This document shows positions 11,763 through 23,297 of a stretch of DNA of 64,000 nucleotides, in pieces. Positions within the stretch are counted from its first letter, which is position 1. Each line of letters begins with the position of its first letter. Source of the stretch: Eledone cirrhosa (Eukaryota); contig OZ024743.1 of NCBI GenBank assembly GCA_964016885.1, positions 75,144,001 through 75,208,000 on the forward strand, written 5' to 3'. Under the pieces are notes generated by a model. It was not told the origin of the DNA, did no database searches, and saw nothing but the letters and a program-made list of their open reading frames with translations. A program made the translations under genes and the position numbers.

Positions 11763-14700
11763 TTTCTTTATTAACCACAAGGGTTTACATAAAGTAGACA
11801 TTAAGGACAGTGCAGGACAATGCAGGACGGTACAAATGGGCATTTCTGCGTGTAAAAAAAACAAAAACAGAGGATGTAACAAAAATAACAATGAAAATAA
11901 CAATGAAAAATTCCCCAATAGGGGGGAGACTTCGGAGGGACATTTGTGGAGAAAGCCCAGTAAAAAGCCACAATGACCCTGACCACCAAGGCAAGTGCCC
12001 TCTCCCAGTTTTCCACCTTTAGTTTACAGATATATACTCAGAGTCGGCCCATTCACTCGGGCCATTCTTGCTTCTCTCACCCATCTTTCAACAAAATGCT
12101 GGGAAGAGAGCACTTCCTTCTCTACTCTGATTTTCCTTTTCAAATGAAATTTGAAAAAGTCAATCAGAGCATCACCGAAGAGGTAAGTGCTCGTCTTCAG
12201 CCCTTTCAAACGTGTCCACCATACTATCTCTTTCGCCATGGCCACCAGACAGATAAAAACTGCCTGCCCTTCCCGGCTAAAGGAGGAGGGCGGGGCAATC
12301 CTCACGATAGACTCAGATGATAGCTGGATCCGTCCTAAACGCGACAGCAGGTGTTCGACATAAACCCACAAGTCAGCAATTTTCGGACACTGGACGAGTG
12401 CGTGCAGGACGGTTTCGTCGCCCTGCGCGCATCTCGGACATGCCCGGCTGACGGCACCTCCATGCCTGTAGAGTTTATCCCGAACTGGCAAGGCTCCTCG
12501 GTAGCACTGCCAGGCCAGAGATTTCTGGAAGTTGTCCATAGGCCCTGGCCCGAAAGTTCTTCCGAAGAGATTGGCTAGTTGATTTTCGTCGACGCCTAGA
12601 GTTTCCCCAAGTACGTCGTCGCTCTTCCCCTCCACTAATCCTCTATAGAACGCCGAGGTGGAGTTTCCACCGATCACATTGCCCGATTGGTCGAGGGCTG
12701 TGAGCGCCTGAAGACATTCCAGTCTCCAGGCGCTCCCTCTCGGTCTTCGCTTGACCCAGGACTGCAGCTCCGTCAAGGAAACGAGCTGGGGAAAAACGCG
12801 TCTAGCAAACGGCGACCACACCTGATCACCGTCGAGGAAGAGGTGGAGATGTCGTAGCCTGAGCGCGTGCCTGCGCATCATCAGCCACGGCATGCCCAGC
12901 CCTCCACGTAGCGGGTGTTGACAACAGATGGACCGCCTGACCATCGGAGCACGTCCCTTCCACAAAAAGCGAAAGAGCAAACGCTCCAGCGCAGTCAGGC
13001 GAGGCTTAGGACAAGGTACGACGGTTAGGCGGTAGCAGATGACAGACGCGATGTACGCGTTAGCCACCTCCGCTCGACCTTTCAGGGATAGCTTCCTCTC
13101 CGCCCATTTCTGGGTGAGAGAAGCCACCCTGCTCGTCACCTCGTCCCAGTTTTTGTCCGTCTGGAGGTCCGGACCGAACCAGACCCCTAGCAATTTAACC
13201 GGTCCGTCCGTCCAGCGCCCGACGACGCTGTTGGACGGCATGGACCTGCCTCTCCAGGTGCCAAGCTGCAGGCCCACTGACTTTTCCTGGTTGATCATTG
13301 CTCCTGTCACCGCTTCGTATTCTCTTAGTGTAGTGCCGATCGCCTCGATGTGTTTGGCGTTCGACACCACTACGGTGACATCGTCCGCATATGCTGACAC
13401 GGATCTTCCGCATCCTAGTTCGCGCGGGACTCCCCTCAACGTCTCCAGTTTGTGCAGTAATGGCTCGAGAGTCAATACGTACAAGAGGGACGAGAGGGGA
13501 CATCCTTGGCGGACCGAGCGCATGATGTTGAACGGTTCCGAAAGGTGACCGTTCACTCTCACTACAGAGCAGATGTCGCTGTGCATGGCAGCGATCCAGC
13601 CTCTGAAGACGGGCCCAAAGCCAGCCGCCCTCAGGACTGCCGCTAGGTAACGATGGTCGACCCTATCGAAAGCTTTCGACTGATCTAAATTGATCAAGGC
13701 CCCACCCGTGCCAAGTTCCTTAGCTACCCTCTCTATGACGTATCGCATGAGGTGGAGGTTGTCGTGGATGGATCTGTCGGGAATGGCGCATGTCTGCGCC
13801 TCTCCCACCAGACCACCAACGACAAGCGCCAACCTCTTTGCTAGCACCTTGGCCAAAATCTTGAACTCTGTGTTTAGCAGAGTTATGGGCCGGAAATTAT
13901 CTATGTTATCCCCCTTATTCGGATCCTTTCTCAGCAGTGCCACCGCTCCTCGGCTCACAGAACTGGGAATTCTCCCGTTCTGTTGCCAGTTGCAGTAGAC
14001 GTCCGCCAAGAGGCCTCCGAACAAGTCTGGCATCTGTACGTAAAGTTCATAGGGCAGACCATCCAAACCAGGCGATTTACCCCTTGTGCAGCCAGTCATT
14101 GCCTCCCTTACTTCAGCGGCTGTTATCGGCTTTTCGCAACACTTCGCCTCAGTGGCCGAGAGCCGCGGCAGTCCGTCGAGGTAGACACTAAAGTCCATCC
14201 CTCTACCCGGCCCACCGCTGCCCCCGAACATCTGAGCGAAGTGTCGCTGAAAAGCTTCACACATTTGCCCAGGATCGAGTAGCATGCGCCCGTCGTGGTC
14301 CACCAAAGACCGGATCGTGGCTTTGTTGCCACGACGCGCCTCCGCCACTCGGGCCCATTGAACGGCTTTCGTCCCCTCTTGTCTGAGAGCACGCACCCTT
14401 GCTCTGACAACGCAGCCTTCGTGCTTTGCATTGAAGAATTGGTCAAGGGCCAATTTCGCCGCAAGCACGTCGGTCGCAATGCCTTTGCTAAGCGCCTCGT
14501 CTAATTTTCTAACTAGTTCTCCCTCTGCTCTATTTTTCTCTATTGCTAAAGCCTTACTAAACCTAATCGATTCTATTCTAATCGCTCTTTTCAGAGCAAA
14601 CCACCACTTGTTGTTGACGATGGCCCCCGTCAACGCCCGCTTAACTAGTTCGCTAATCCGGTCTCTGTAGGCCTTGCGCGCTGGTAAGGACGCGTTTAGC

Positions 14701-15006
14701 TTCCAGTAGCCGGGTCCTCGTCTATGAAGCCTATCTAAGTCAAGCACACAGATCACGAATTTGTGGTCCGTGTAGCTGACTATCTTGAATTGTGGACAGC
14801 CTATGCTAGACCAATCTATTTCCCTACAAAATACTCTATCTAGATATGATCTGGATGACCCTATGCGGTTTGTCCAAGTCCACATTAGCACATTCGGGAA
14901 ATCCAATCGGTACCTGTCAGACAGTTCAAAACGCCTGAGCAGGTTGGTGAGGCTCTTGCACCCTCCACCCCTATCCGCTAATCCCACACAGTCCCAGCGT
15001 GCATCT
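11762..15006 (-). mobile_element. L1/Tx1-clade LINE, 5'-truncated within the endonuclease
   Basis: AATAAA just before an (ATT)n 3' flank; GC content well above surroundings; uninterrupted ORF. Confidence 0.88.
12024..15006 (-). CDS. L1/Tx1-type ORF2 (partial APE, RT, CCHC), open for about 990 aa
   Basis: SYLDRVF, YTDHKFV, GYWKLN, KSPGLDGLP, FRPITLLN, LDQSKAFDRV, VRQGCPLS, AYADDV, CPRC...ETVLHALVQC. Confidence 0.9.
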
Positions 15007-15112
15007 AATAATAATAACGACAACAACAATAATAATATACATATTCATATATATATACACACACGCACGCACATAAGCATATCTACACACACACAAACAC
15101 ACACGATAGCAA

Positions 15113-18100
15113 CTAACAGTGCTGCGATCGAATGTAGCTTTTTAGCCCAGCCAATGATCTAAAATGTCTTGCACAGAGTCGGCAACCAAAACATTCACTG
15201 GGAGTAGCCGGCTGTGGTTGGAGTTCGTGTACTTTTGCATGTCGCTTGAGCCCTCCTGCTGATTTACATTCTCTACCACATGTTTGGCAAGCATGATGAG
15301 TAGCATCTCCAACAGCAGCCTGGTAGTCAACCACTGGTCTTACTTTATGACTGCGAAGATGACTTTCGAGTCCAGCTTTGCTTAGGCAGAGTCTCGCACA
15401 GACGCTGCATGTCAGCACCATAGGAGGACCCTCGCCGTCTGGAAGTGCAACAGCAATGCCCTTCCTCACATCCCGCTTTACTTTCTCGTATGCGATTCGA
15501 GATGCCTCAAAGGCAACTTTTCCCTCATATACAGTCTTTCTCCATTTATTACGATCAGCAGCAATATTTTTCCCATGTATCAGCAGAGATGTTAGCGTCT
15601 TTCAGAGAGGCTTTCAAGGAATCCTTATACCTCTTTTTTGGTTTATGTGGCGGTCGTTTTCCTTTAACCAACTCTCCATAAAAGAGTTGTTTTGGTATTC
15701 TAGAATCCTTCATCCTGGCAAGGTGACCACTCCAACGGAGTCGTTGCTTAAGCACAAGAGCTTCTATACTGTCACACATAGAGCTTTCCAAAATCTCGAC
15801 ATCACTGATGTGGTCCCTCCAGTGAACGCCATGGATCCGTCTGAGACACATCTGATGGAAACGCTCCAATTGCTTAAGGTGGTGTCGATATGTGACCCAG
15901 GTCTCGCAGGCATAAAGAAGACAAGAGAGTACACATGCCCTGTACACCCTTACCTTTGTCCTCCTGCATATGTCTCGCCGACCCCAGAGTCGCCTTTCTA
16001 GCTTTCCGAAAGCATCACTTGCTTTCCTAATCCTAAGTGAGATTTCACCGTCAAGGTTGCCGTATCGATTGACAGTGCTTCCCAACTAGACAAACTGATC
16101 AACCACTCCAAGTTGTTTGCCATACACATAGATGTTTGGTTCAGTGTACTGCTTACCAGGGGCAGGTTGGTACATGACGACGGTTTTCTTGAGACTGATA
16201 GTCAAACCCAGGGCAGTGCAAGCGTCAGAAAATGCATTCAAAATGTGCTGCATATCACTCTCTGTGTGCGCTACAAGATCGCAATCATCTGCATACAAGA
16301 GGTCTCTTATGATTGATGTAAACACCTTTGTCTTCGCAGCAAAGCGCCTGATGTTAAATATGCTGCCTGAGGTTCGATATCGGATGTAAACACCATGCTC
16401 GCAATTCCTGAATGCAATACAGAAAACCATTGCTAAGTATATGGCAAACAGGGTCGGTGCTGGAATATCCCCCTGTTTCACTCCATTTTTTACTGAGATA
16501 GGCTCCGACATGTTACCTCCGACATTAACCCAAGCCTTCATGTCGTCATGGAAAGACCTAACTAAAGCAAGGAACTTATCAGGGCAACCAAGTTTCTGGA
16601 GAACCTTCCATAATGCATCTCTGTTGACAGTATCGAAAGCCTTTGTCAGATCGACAAAAACCTGATACAGATCCAAGCCTTGTTCAATGCACTTCTCCTG
16701 GAGCTGTCTAGCTGAGAAGATCATATCAGTAGTGCCGCGTCCAGCACGAAAACCAGATTGACTTTCAGGAAGAACACAATCTGCAATGTGTGTCAGCAGA
16801 CGGTCCAGAAGCACCCTACATAAAACTTTCCCTACGACAGAAAACAATGATATACCTCTGTAGTTCCCACAATCATTCCTGTTACCCTTTCCCTTGTACA
16901 AGACCACCATTACTGCATCTCTCCAGTCCTCATGTACGGATTCATTAGCCCATATCCTTCCAAACAAAGAGTGCAGATGTTGCAGGAGTCTCTCACCACC
17001 ATATTGTAGGAGCTCAGCATGTATGCCATCCATACCTGGAGATCTTCCACTGTTCAGCTTCGAAATAGCCACTGCAACCTCCACAAGCGTCGGAGGTTCT
17101 GCGAGAGCTACTTTCACAGGACTTTCTGGAATGAGATTGAGGAAATCTTCACTGACGACAGACGGCTGATTCAAAAGATCATCAAAGTGCTCTCGCCACC
17201 TTCGTAGAATTCCCTGTGAGTCACGAAGAAGTTCTTTGCCATCCTTGCTGCGAAGCGGTGTCACCAGAGAAGAAGACGGTCCATAAACCTCACGCAAGAG
17301 ACTGTACAACAGCTTTGTGTTATTGGAATCAGACGCAGTTTGTATCTCACCAACCTTCTCACTCCACCACTGATCCTTCATCTGAGAAAGACTCCGCCTA
17401 ACACGTGATTTTACATCCCAGAGCTCCTCATGCAACGTATTCCTCTCCTGTGGTTTTGCCGTCAAGTAGCGTGACAGAGCACGCCTCTTATCAGCCAACA
17501 AGTCTTCTATATGTACATCATTCTCATTAAACCAGTCCTGATGTTTTCTCTGCACCAATCCCAGAACACGCCTGCCTACATCATAAACCGACTTTTTAAG
17601 GGTCGGCCAATCCTCACCAAGATCTGCAGCCTGCATCTCTTCTTCCAATGTCCTCTTCACATTTTTATCCTTAAGACGAGCAGCATTCAATCTTTTGGGC
17701 AGGGTAACACCAGGAGCCCGGATTTTACGTTTGGTGATTAGTTTCACTTTTGCGCGTACCAGGCGGTGGTCCGTCCAGCACTCAGCTCCACGAAGAACAC
17801 GAACACACTGCACATCCTGTCTGTCACGCATCCTGACTAGGACGTAGTCCAAAAGATGCCATTCCTTAGATGCAGGATGCATCCATGTGGTCTTGAATTT
17901 GTTCTTTTGTTGGAACATGGTTTTGGTAACACACAGATCCAGCTCCTCACACATCTGCAGCAGGAGCATACCATTGCTGTTACACTTTCCCACCCCATGC
18001 CTTACGATTACATTCCATGTGTTAAAATCCCTACCCACTCTAGCATTAAAGTCACCAAGCACGATGACTTTGTCTGCCTGAGGGATATTTCTTAGAACAC

Positions 18101-18600
18101 CTTTCAAGGCATGGTAAAAGGACAGTTTTTCTTCATCGACAGAATTCATAGTTGGAGCATACACACTCACCAGGGTAGCATATCTTCCTTTGTCCAGCGG
18201 AACTCTCATGGACATAAGACGCTCACTAATCCATACTGGGAATTCTTCTAATTTATTCACAAGTACAGTCTTAACAGCAAATCCTACCCCAGCCTCTCTT
18301 CTGGTTCCTTCATCTCTTCCTTTCCAGAAGAATGTATATTCTCCACAAAATTCCGTAAGATGACCATCTCCAGCTAACCTCGTCTCAGATAAAGCCACGA
18401 TGTCAAGATCGTAAAGTCGAAGCTCCTTTGCAACAAGAGCGGTCCTTCGTTCAGGACGCTCCAAGGAATCCCTGTCAAGCAGTGTCTGTACGTTCCAGCA
18501 GCCAAGACTAAATGCCTTGTTTGGCTCTATTACAATGGCACGATGACGAGCGGGCCCAGGCTGTGATAACTTGGGGCCCCTGCCCTTATTGCCAATGATC
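15113..18600 (-). pseudogene. RTE ORF (APE endonuclease, RT, three C2H2 fingers), disrupted
   Basis: GCWNVQTL, ALSETRL, VLGDFNARVG, LLDYVLV, WTDHRLV, QSGFR, FVDLTKAFDTV, GVKQGD, LYADD. Relative to copy 1 it has a TAC>TAG stop at 16086 and a 1-bp insertion near 15567-15571. Confidence 0.92.
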
Positions 18601-18731
18601 TTTTTTGTTCCAGAACCTAAATTGCCAATGATCTTTTTTGTTCCAGAACCTAAATTGCCAATTATCTCTTTTACATTGTTCTGGAACATCATTGAATTGG
18701 AAAAAAAAAAAAAAAAAAAAAAAAAGTAATA

Positions 18732-18782
<51 letters not shown>

Positions 18783-19352
18783 GTACACTATTAATAATTA
18801 TTAATGCACTCGTGCAATGCCTGTGCGTGACGAACATTTTTAAAGTGAGGAAAGACTGTGCACTGAGCCAATCCCACTCTCTGAGCGACAGTAGCTATAA
18901 CCCGAAAAGAAGAAAAGATCAACATCATCGGTAACTACTGAGCCGCAGGTTTTATATCGGAGTTATCCCAGTTTCCTGAGATGCCTTCTCCTAGAAGAAT
19001 GCCCTGATAAGGGCTAGGGGTTCTTCACTCCCAGTGGTTTAACTGCGCGATCGGGCATCCAGCCCGATTATTTCTATGTCCCCGCGCCAAAAAAAAAAAA
19101 AACTCACTTATTGACACTTATACGTACGACATACACACACACGCATACATATGCGCGCACACAGCAACACATACATATAAACAAACACACACACACACGC
19201 TACTCTACTCACTTACACGCACACACACACATATATATATATATTACCGTCATTACTGATACAAGATACATACATACATACATACATACATACATACATA
19301 CATACATACATACATACATACATACATACATACATACATACATACATACATA

Positions 19353-21417
19353 GACAGTCAACGCGATCAGTCGCATATTTTGGCGTGGGAGACTATTTAT
19401 TAAATTTAAGATGAATACCATCTCCGACAGTAATGCCACAACTACAGTCATGTTGAATAACTGGTTATTCTTCTAACTATATCTTCTGAAGACACCTTTT
19501 ATTCGAATTCGTAGAGATATCCGACTAAATACATAATTCATTTTACAAGGATTTGCTACAAACAGCATGGCTGAACACAACATCAACAAAAAAATTAAGG
19601 AAGTACCGAAGACAAATAACAAGGAAGGTAATCAAACTTTATTCAGTTGTAGCTACAGAAGAGACCGAAATTATAAATCGCATTTCTCTTGGAGTTGCGA
19701 ACTTAATGATGATTTATTTAATTGTTATAAAATGGCAAAAAACAATCCCTCCGTTGGCTATATGAATAGAATGAAGCTACACTGGGACGAAATGCACCCA
19801 GAGCTAAATTATTTCACTGTTTCACCGATATCTGATGAGGACTGCTACAGATACCTGGGGATAGATGAGAACATATCCTATAATGGTATCTGTAATAAAG
19901 AACGCGTAACCAAGGAATACTACACCCGATTAAGAAATATCTGGTCATCGTAACTCTCTGCGCAAAACAAGACAGTGGCTCACAATGTGTTTGCTGTCCT
20001 AACACCAACGTTTGGAATATTCAATTGGACGATAGACGAAATCCGAGCAGTTGATGTTGGAACTCGGAAAATACTGAACAACACCGGAAACTTCCACATC
20101 AACAGTGACATAGACCGCCTTTACTTGAAACGTAAGCAGGGAGGCAGAGGCCTCACATCAGTCCAGACAACATTTGAATGTCGCATCATATCTCACCGAC
20201 AACATTTACGAACTTCGAAGCGTAGGAGTCCGTTTCTCGAGCAAGTCTATCTGCATGAAACAGATAAGATCATGAGAGTTGGGAAGGAACTCCTCGGGAG
20301 ATATTCCCTGTGTGATAATCAAAAACTCACACACAGGGATGTCGCTGGCAGTGAATCCATGGATGAAACACTGCATGCCTATCAGCAAAAAATCATGCAT
20401 GGATATGTTGCCAGGAAGCTCCAGACTGAGAGTAATATAGATAAGGAAAGTAGTCTATCTTGGACCAACAACCGCTATATTGACTCCCACTTTGAAGGAT
20501 ACGCTTTTGCAATCCAGGAACAGGAGATTAGCACGAAATACCTGATTCACAAAAGAGATAGGGATGCAAGAAAAACACCTAGATGTGATAACAAGTGCAG
20601 ACTCTGCAGAACTAACATCGAGGATATCACCCATGTCATCAGCAGCTGTCCAAAGATGTCATCGCGGTACTATCTACCTATGAGGCATGATGTAGTGGCC
20701 AAAACACTGTACAATGCAGTTCGTAAAAAAAGATAGCCCCGATAATAAACACATTAAAAGCTACAGCAATGTGGAAGACATCCATGTACATAATATGAAA
20801 GAGTACTGGTTGAATGTTCCAGTAAAAACCCCAATAAGATGCAGGCATAACAGACCAGATGTTATGATATGGGACAGGGAGAAGAAAGCATGCACAGTAG
20901 TGGAAATTAGCTGCCCAGCAGATGCCAATATAATATCAAAGATTAGTGAAAAGGAGAACATTTATGCAGAACTGATGAGAAATCTGCAGATACTCCACCC
21001 TGATTATACCTTCAGATTTATGCCTGTGGTTATTGGGGCACTGGGGTATGTTAGTAACTGCCTCAATACAAATCTTGAGAAGCTAGGCTTCACAGGAACA
21101 GAAAGAACACAACTAGTTAGGAAATTACAAGTACAATCCATTAATGGAACAGTAAAAATATGTAAAACATTCCAAAAATGTTGCATCTAATAACTGCATA
21201 TACACATGTACAGATGCAAAGCATATACACATGCACACATACAACTCAAAACTTACACATCCACACATACAATAACATCCATATCTACACATGCATGCAT
21301 ACATACCTACCTAGTTGATGTTGTGTAAATTCCATTGAGAGAGTCTTGTGTCTATGTTAGAAACCGACTCTCTCTTTATTGGGGAAAAATTTGTGAAATT
21401 GTAAAACCAGAAGAAAA
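19353..21417 (+). mobile_element. R4/Dong-like element, internally deleted copy with both ends
   Basis: N-terminal W..E.N..L..CY..A..GY..RM..W..HPE fused in frame to the YRYLG region; CRLCRTNIEDITHVISSC, RHD, RPD, VVEISCP; (TACA)n on both flanks; closely similar to 6477-8048. Confidence 0.87.
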
Positions 21418-21509
21418 TACATACATACATACATACATACATACATACATACATACATACATACATACATACATACATACATACATACATACATACATAC
21501 ATACATACA

Positions 21510-22582
21510 TGGAGATTGCTTCACCTTTGCAGATGATTGCCGTCTCCCTATGCACCCCCATCAACCGTCACCATCACCAAACGTCCGTTCATGGCCCCTT
21601 AGGCGGCTTTTAAGTCCAGCATTAGATTTGCCCAGTCTGCAGCAAATGTGACAGACAAAAGATGATACATACATACATACATACATACATACATACATAC
21701 ATACATACATACATACATACATACATACATGTATGCATGCATACATGCTGATTGCTACTTCTTGTCAAAAGAGTGCTATCCCTTCATTGAACATTGCACG
21801 ATCATGCGCATGCAAGTTACTTTTCTGACCCGCTTTTGTTTTGCAGGTACATTCACAGACACATATATACACTTGAACTGTCTGTCTCCTGATAATACCG
21901 GTCGTGGTGTGTCTTCATGCATTTTACCATGTCTGGTCAGACCACCCGCTGACTTGCAAATCAAGCCACACTCACTGCAAATATACCGTGGAGTACGTAG
22001 CGGTAGAACCATCTCACAGTTGGCTCAATCTCTCCCTGGCCCGTGTGATTTCAAATGGTTAACAGAACCAGCACGTGTTAGAAGAAATCGGCCACATACA
22101 TTGCACCTCAATTCCTGCTGAATGTTTGCAGGCATTGCACTTACAAAGCGAACGTTTCAAAGCAGCATGCTCCACTCGCTTTTTCACAAAGACATCCCCT
22201 CCATATTTGATGATCTTTCTCCATGATGTACGGCCTTGAGCCAGTCTCTCCCAGTTCTCCATATCAATATACAGGGCTTTAAGATTGTCTTTTATGACAT
22301 CCTTGAACCGGTCCTTTGGTTTATACTGCGGCCTTTTTCCTCTTGTCAAATCCCCATAAAATAGCTGTTTAGGCAACCTTCCATCTTCCATCCTGACCAC
22401 ATGACCAGCTCAACACATCTGGTTCATAATAATCCTCCTCTCAATACTGGTGCTACCCGCTTTCTCAAGTACCGCAACATCAGGTATGTAAGAGAGCCAC
22501 TTGATGTTCAGGATGCGCCGTATACAATGCTGATGATATCTTCCAACTGCCTGATATGATGCTTGTAAGTTGCCCACGTTTC
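21510..22582 (-). mobile_element. Second RTE family, 3' fragment with several C2H2-like fingers
   Basis: GHVVRMEDGRLPKQLFYGDL; CSECGLICKSAGGLTRHGKMH; CHICCRLGKSNAGLKS; (ATGT)n tail; internal (TACA)n at 21666-21730. Confidence 0.82.
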
Positions 22583-22583
22583 G

Positions 22584-23015
22584 CTTCTTCTTCTTCTTCT
22601 TCTTCTTCTTCTTCTTCTTCTTCTTCTTCTCCCACTTCTTCCTGAGAGGGTCATGGGGGCAGAGTCCTCAAACACTCCTTCCAGGAGGTTCTGTCAGAAG
22701 CAACCGTCCCCAACTGATCCGGCTGGAACCCCAAGTGAGACCAGCCAAGCTCATGGATGTTATCCAACCATGTTACTCGGGGTCTACCCCAGGGTCTCTT
22801 GCCAGTTGGTTTTGCCCTTAAAATCTGTCCATCGATTCTTTCCTGAGACATTCTAACCACATGTCCGTAATATCAGAGCTGTGATCTCTCAATTCGGAGA
22901 AGTAGTAGATCTACCTGGAGTGACTCTCTGAACTCCGAGCTACGCACTCTATTAAGTAACGTTACTCCAAAGACCCTTCGGAGGAACCCTATTTCGGCCG
23001 CTAATATTCGAGAAT
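22584..23015 (-). mobile_element. Third RTE-like family, 3' fragment with (GAA)n tail
   Basis: HVVRMSQERIDGQILRAKPTGKRPWGRPRVTWLDNI; further copies at 26651, 33865, 35640 and 38630. Confidence 0.8.
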
Positions 23016-23297
23016 ATATCCTATAATGGAATTTGACAAAGAATAAATAACCAGGGAATCTAACACCCGAATAAGAAAACTATGGTCTTCGGAACAATAA
23101 AACAAAGGTTCACAATGTGTGTTCTGTATTTGTGCTGAGATCAACATTTGGACTACTTGAGTGAATGCCAGATGAGATTTCAGTCATTGTTGTTAAAAGC
23201 CGATAAGTTCTAACTGGCTCCAGAAAGTTCCATATTGACAGTGCCATAGACTGCTTCTACCTAAAGGCTTAACATAGATCCAAATAACATTTAAATC

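Larger units (their letters stand above)
11650..19087 (-). mobile_element. Near full-length RTE-clade LINE copy 2, with an L1/Tx1 element inserted in its 3'UTR
   Basis: 3' end at 11650-11700 matches copy 1; 3'UTR resumes at 15007; coding region 15113-~18600; probable 5'UTR at 18810-19087. Confidence 0.85.

Noticed and set aside
12351-14670. Short plus-strand ORFs within the Tx1 element
   Set aside because: Antisense shadows of a GC-rich ORF.
18700-18790. Poly-Tyr/Phe N-terminus of ORF 16086-18788, and similar homopolymer or dipeptide ORFs elsewhere
   Set aside because: Read-through of microsatellites, not real protein.
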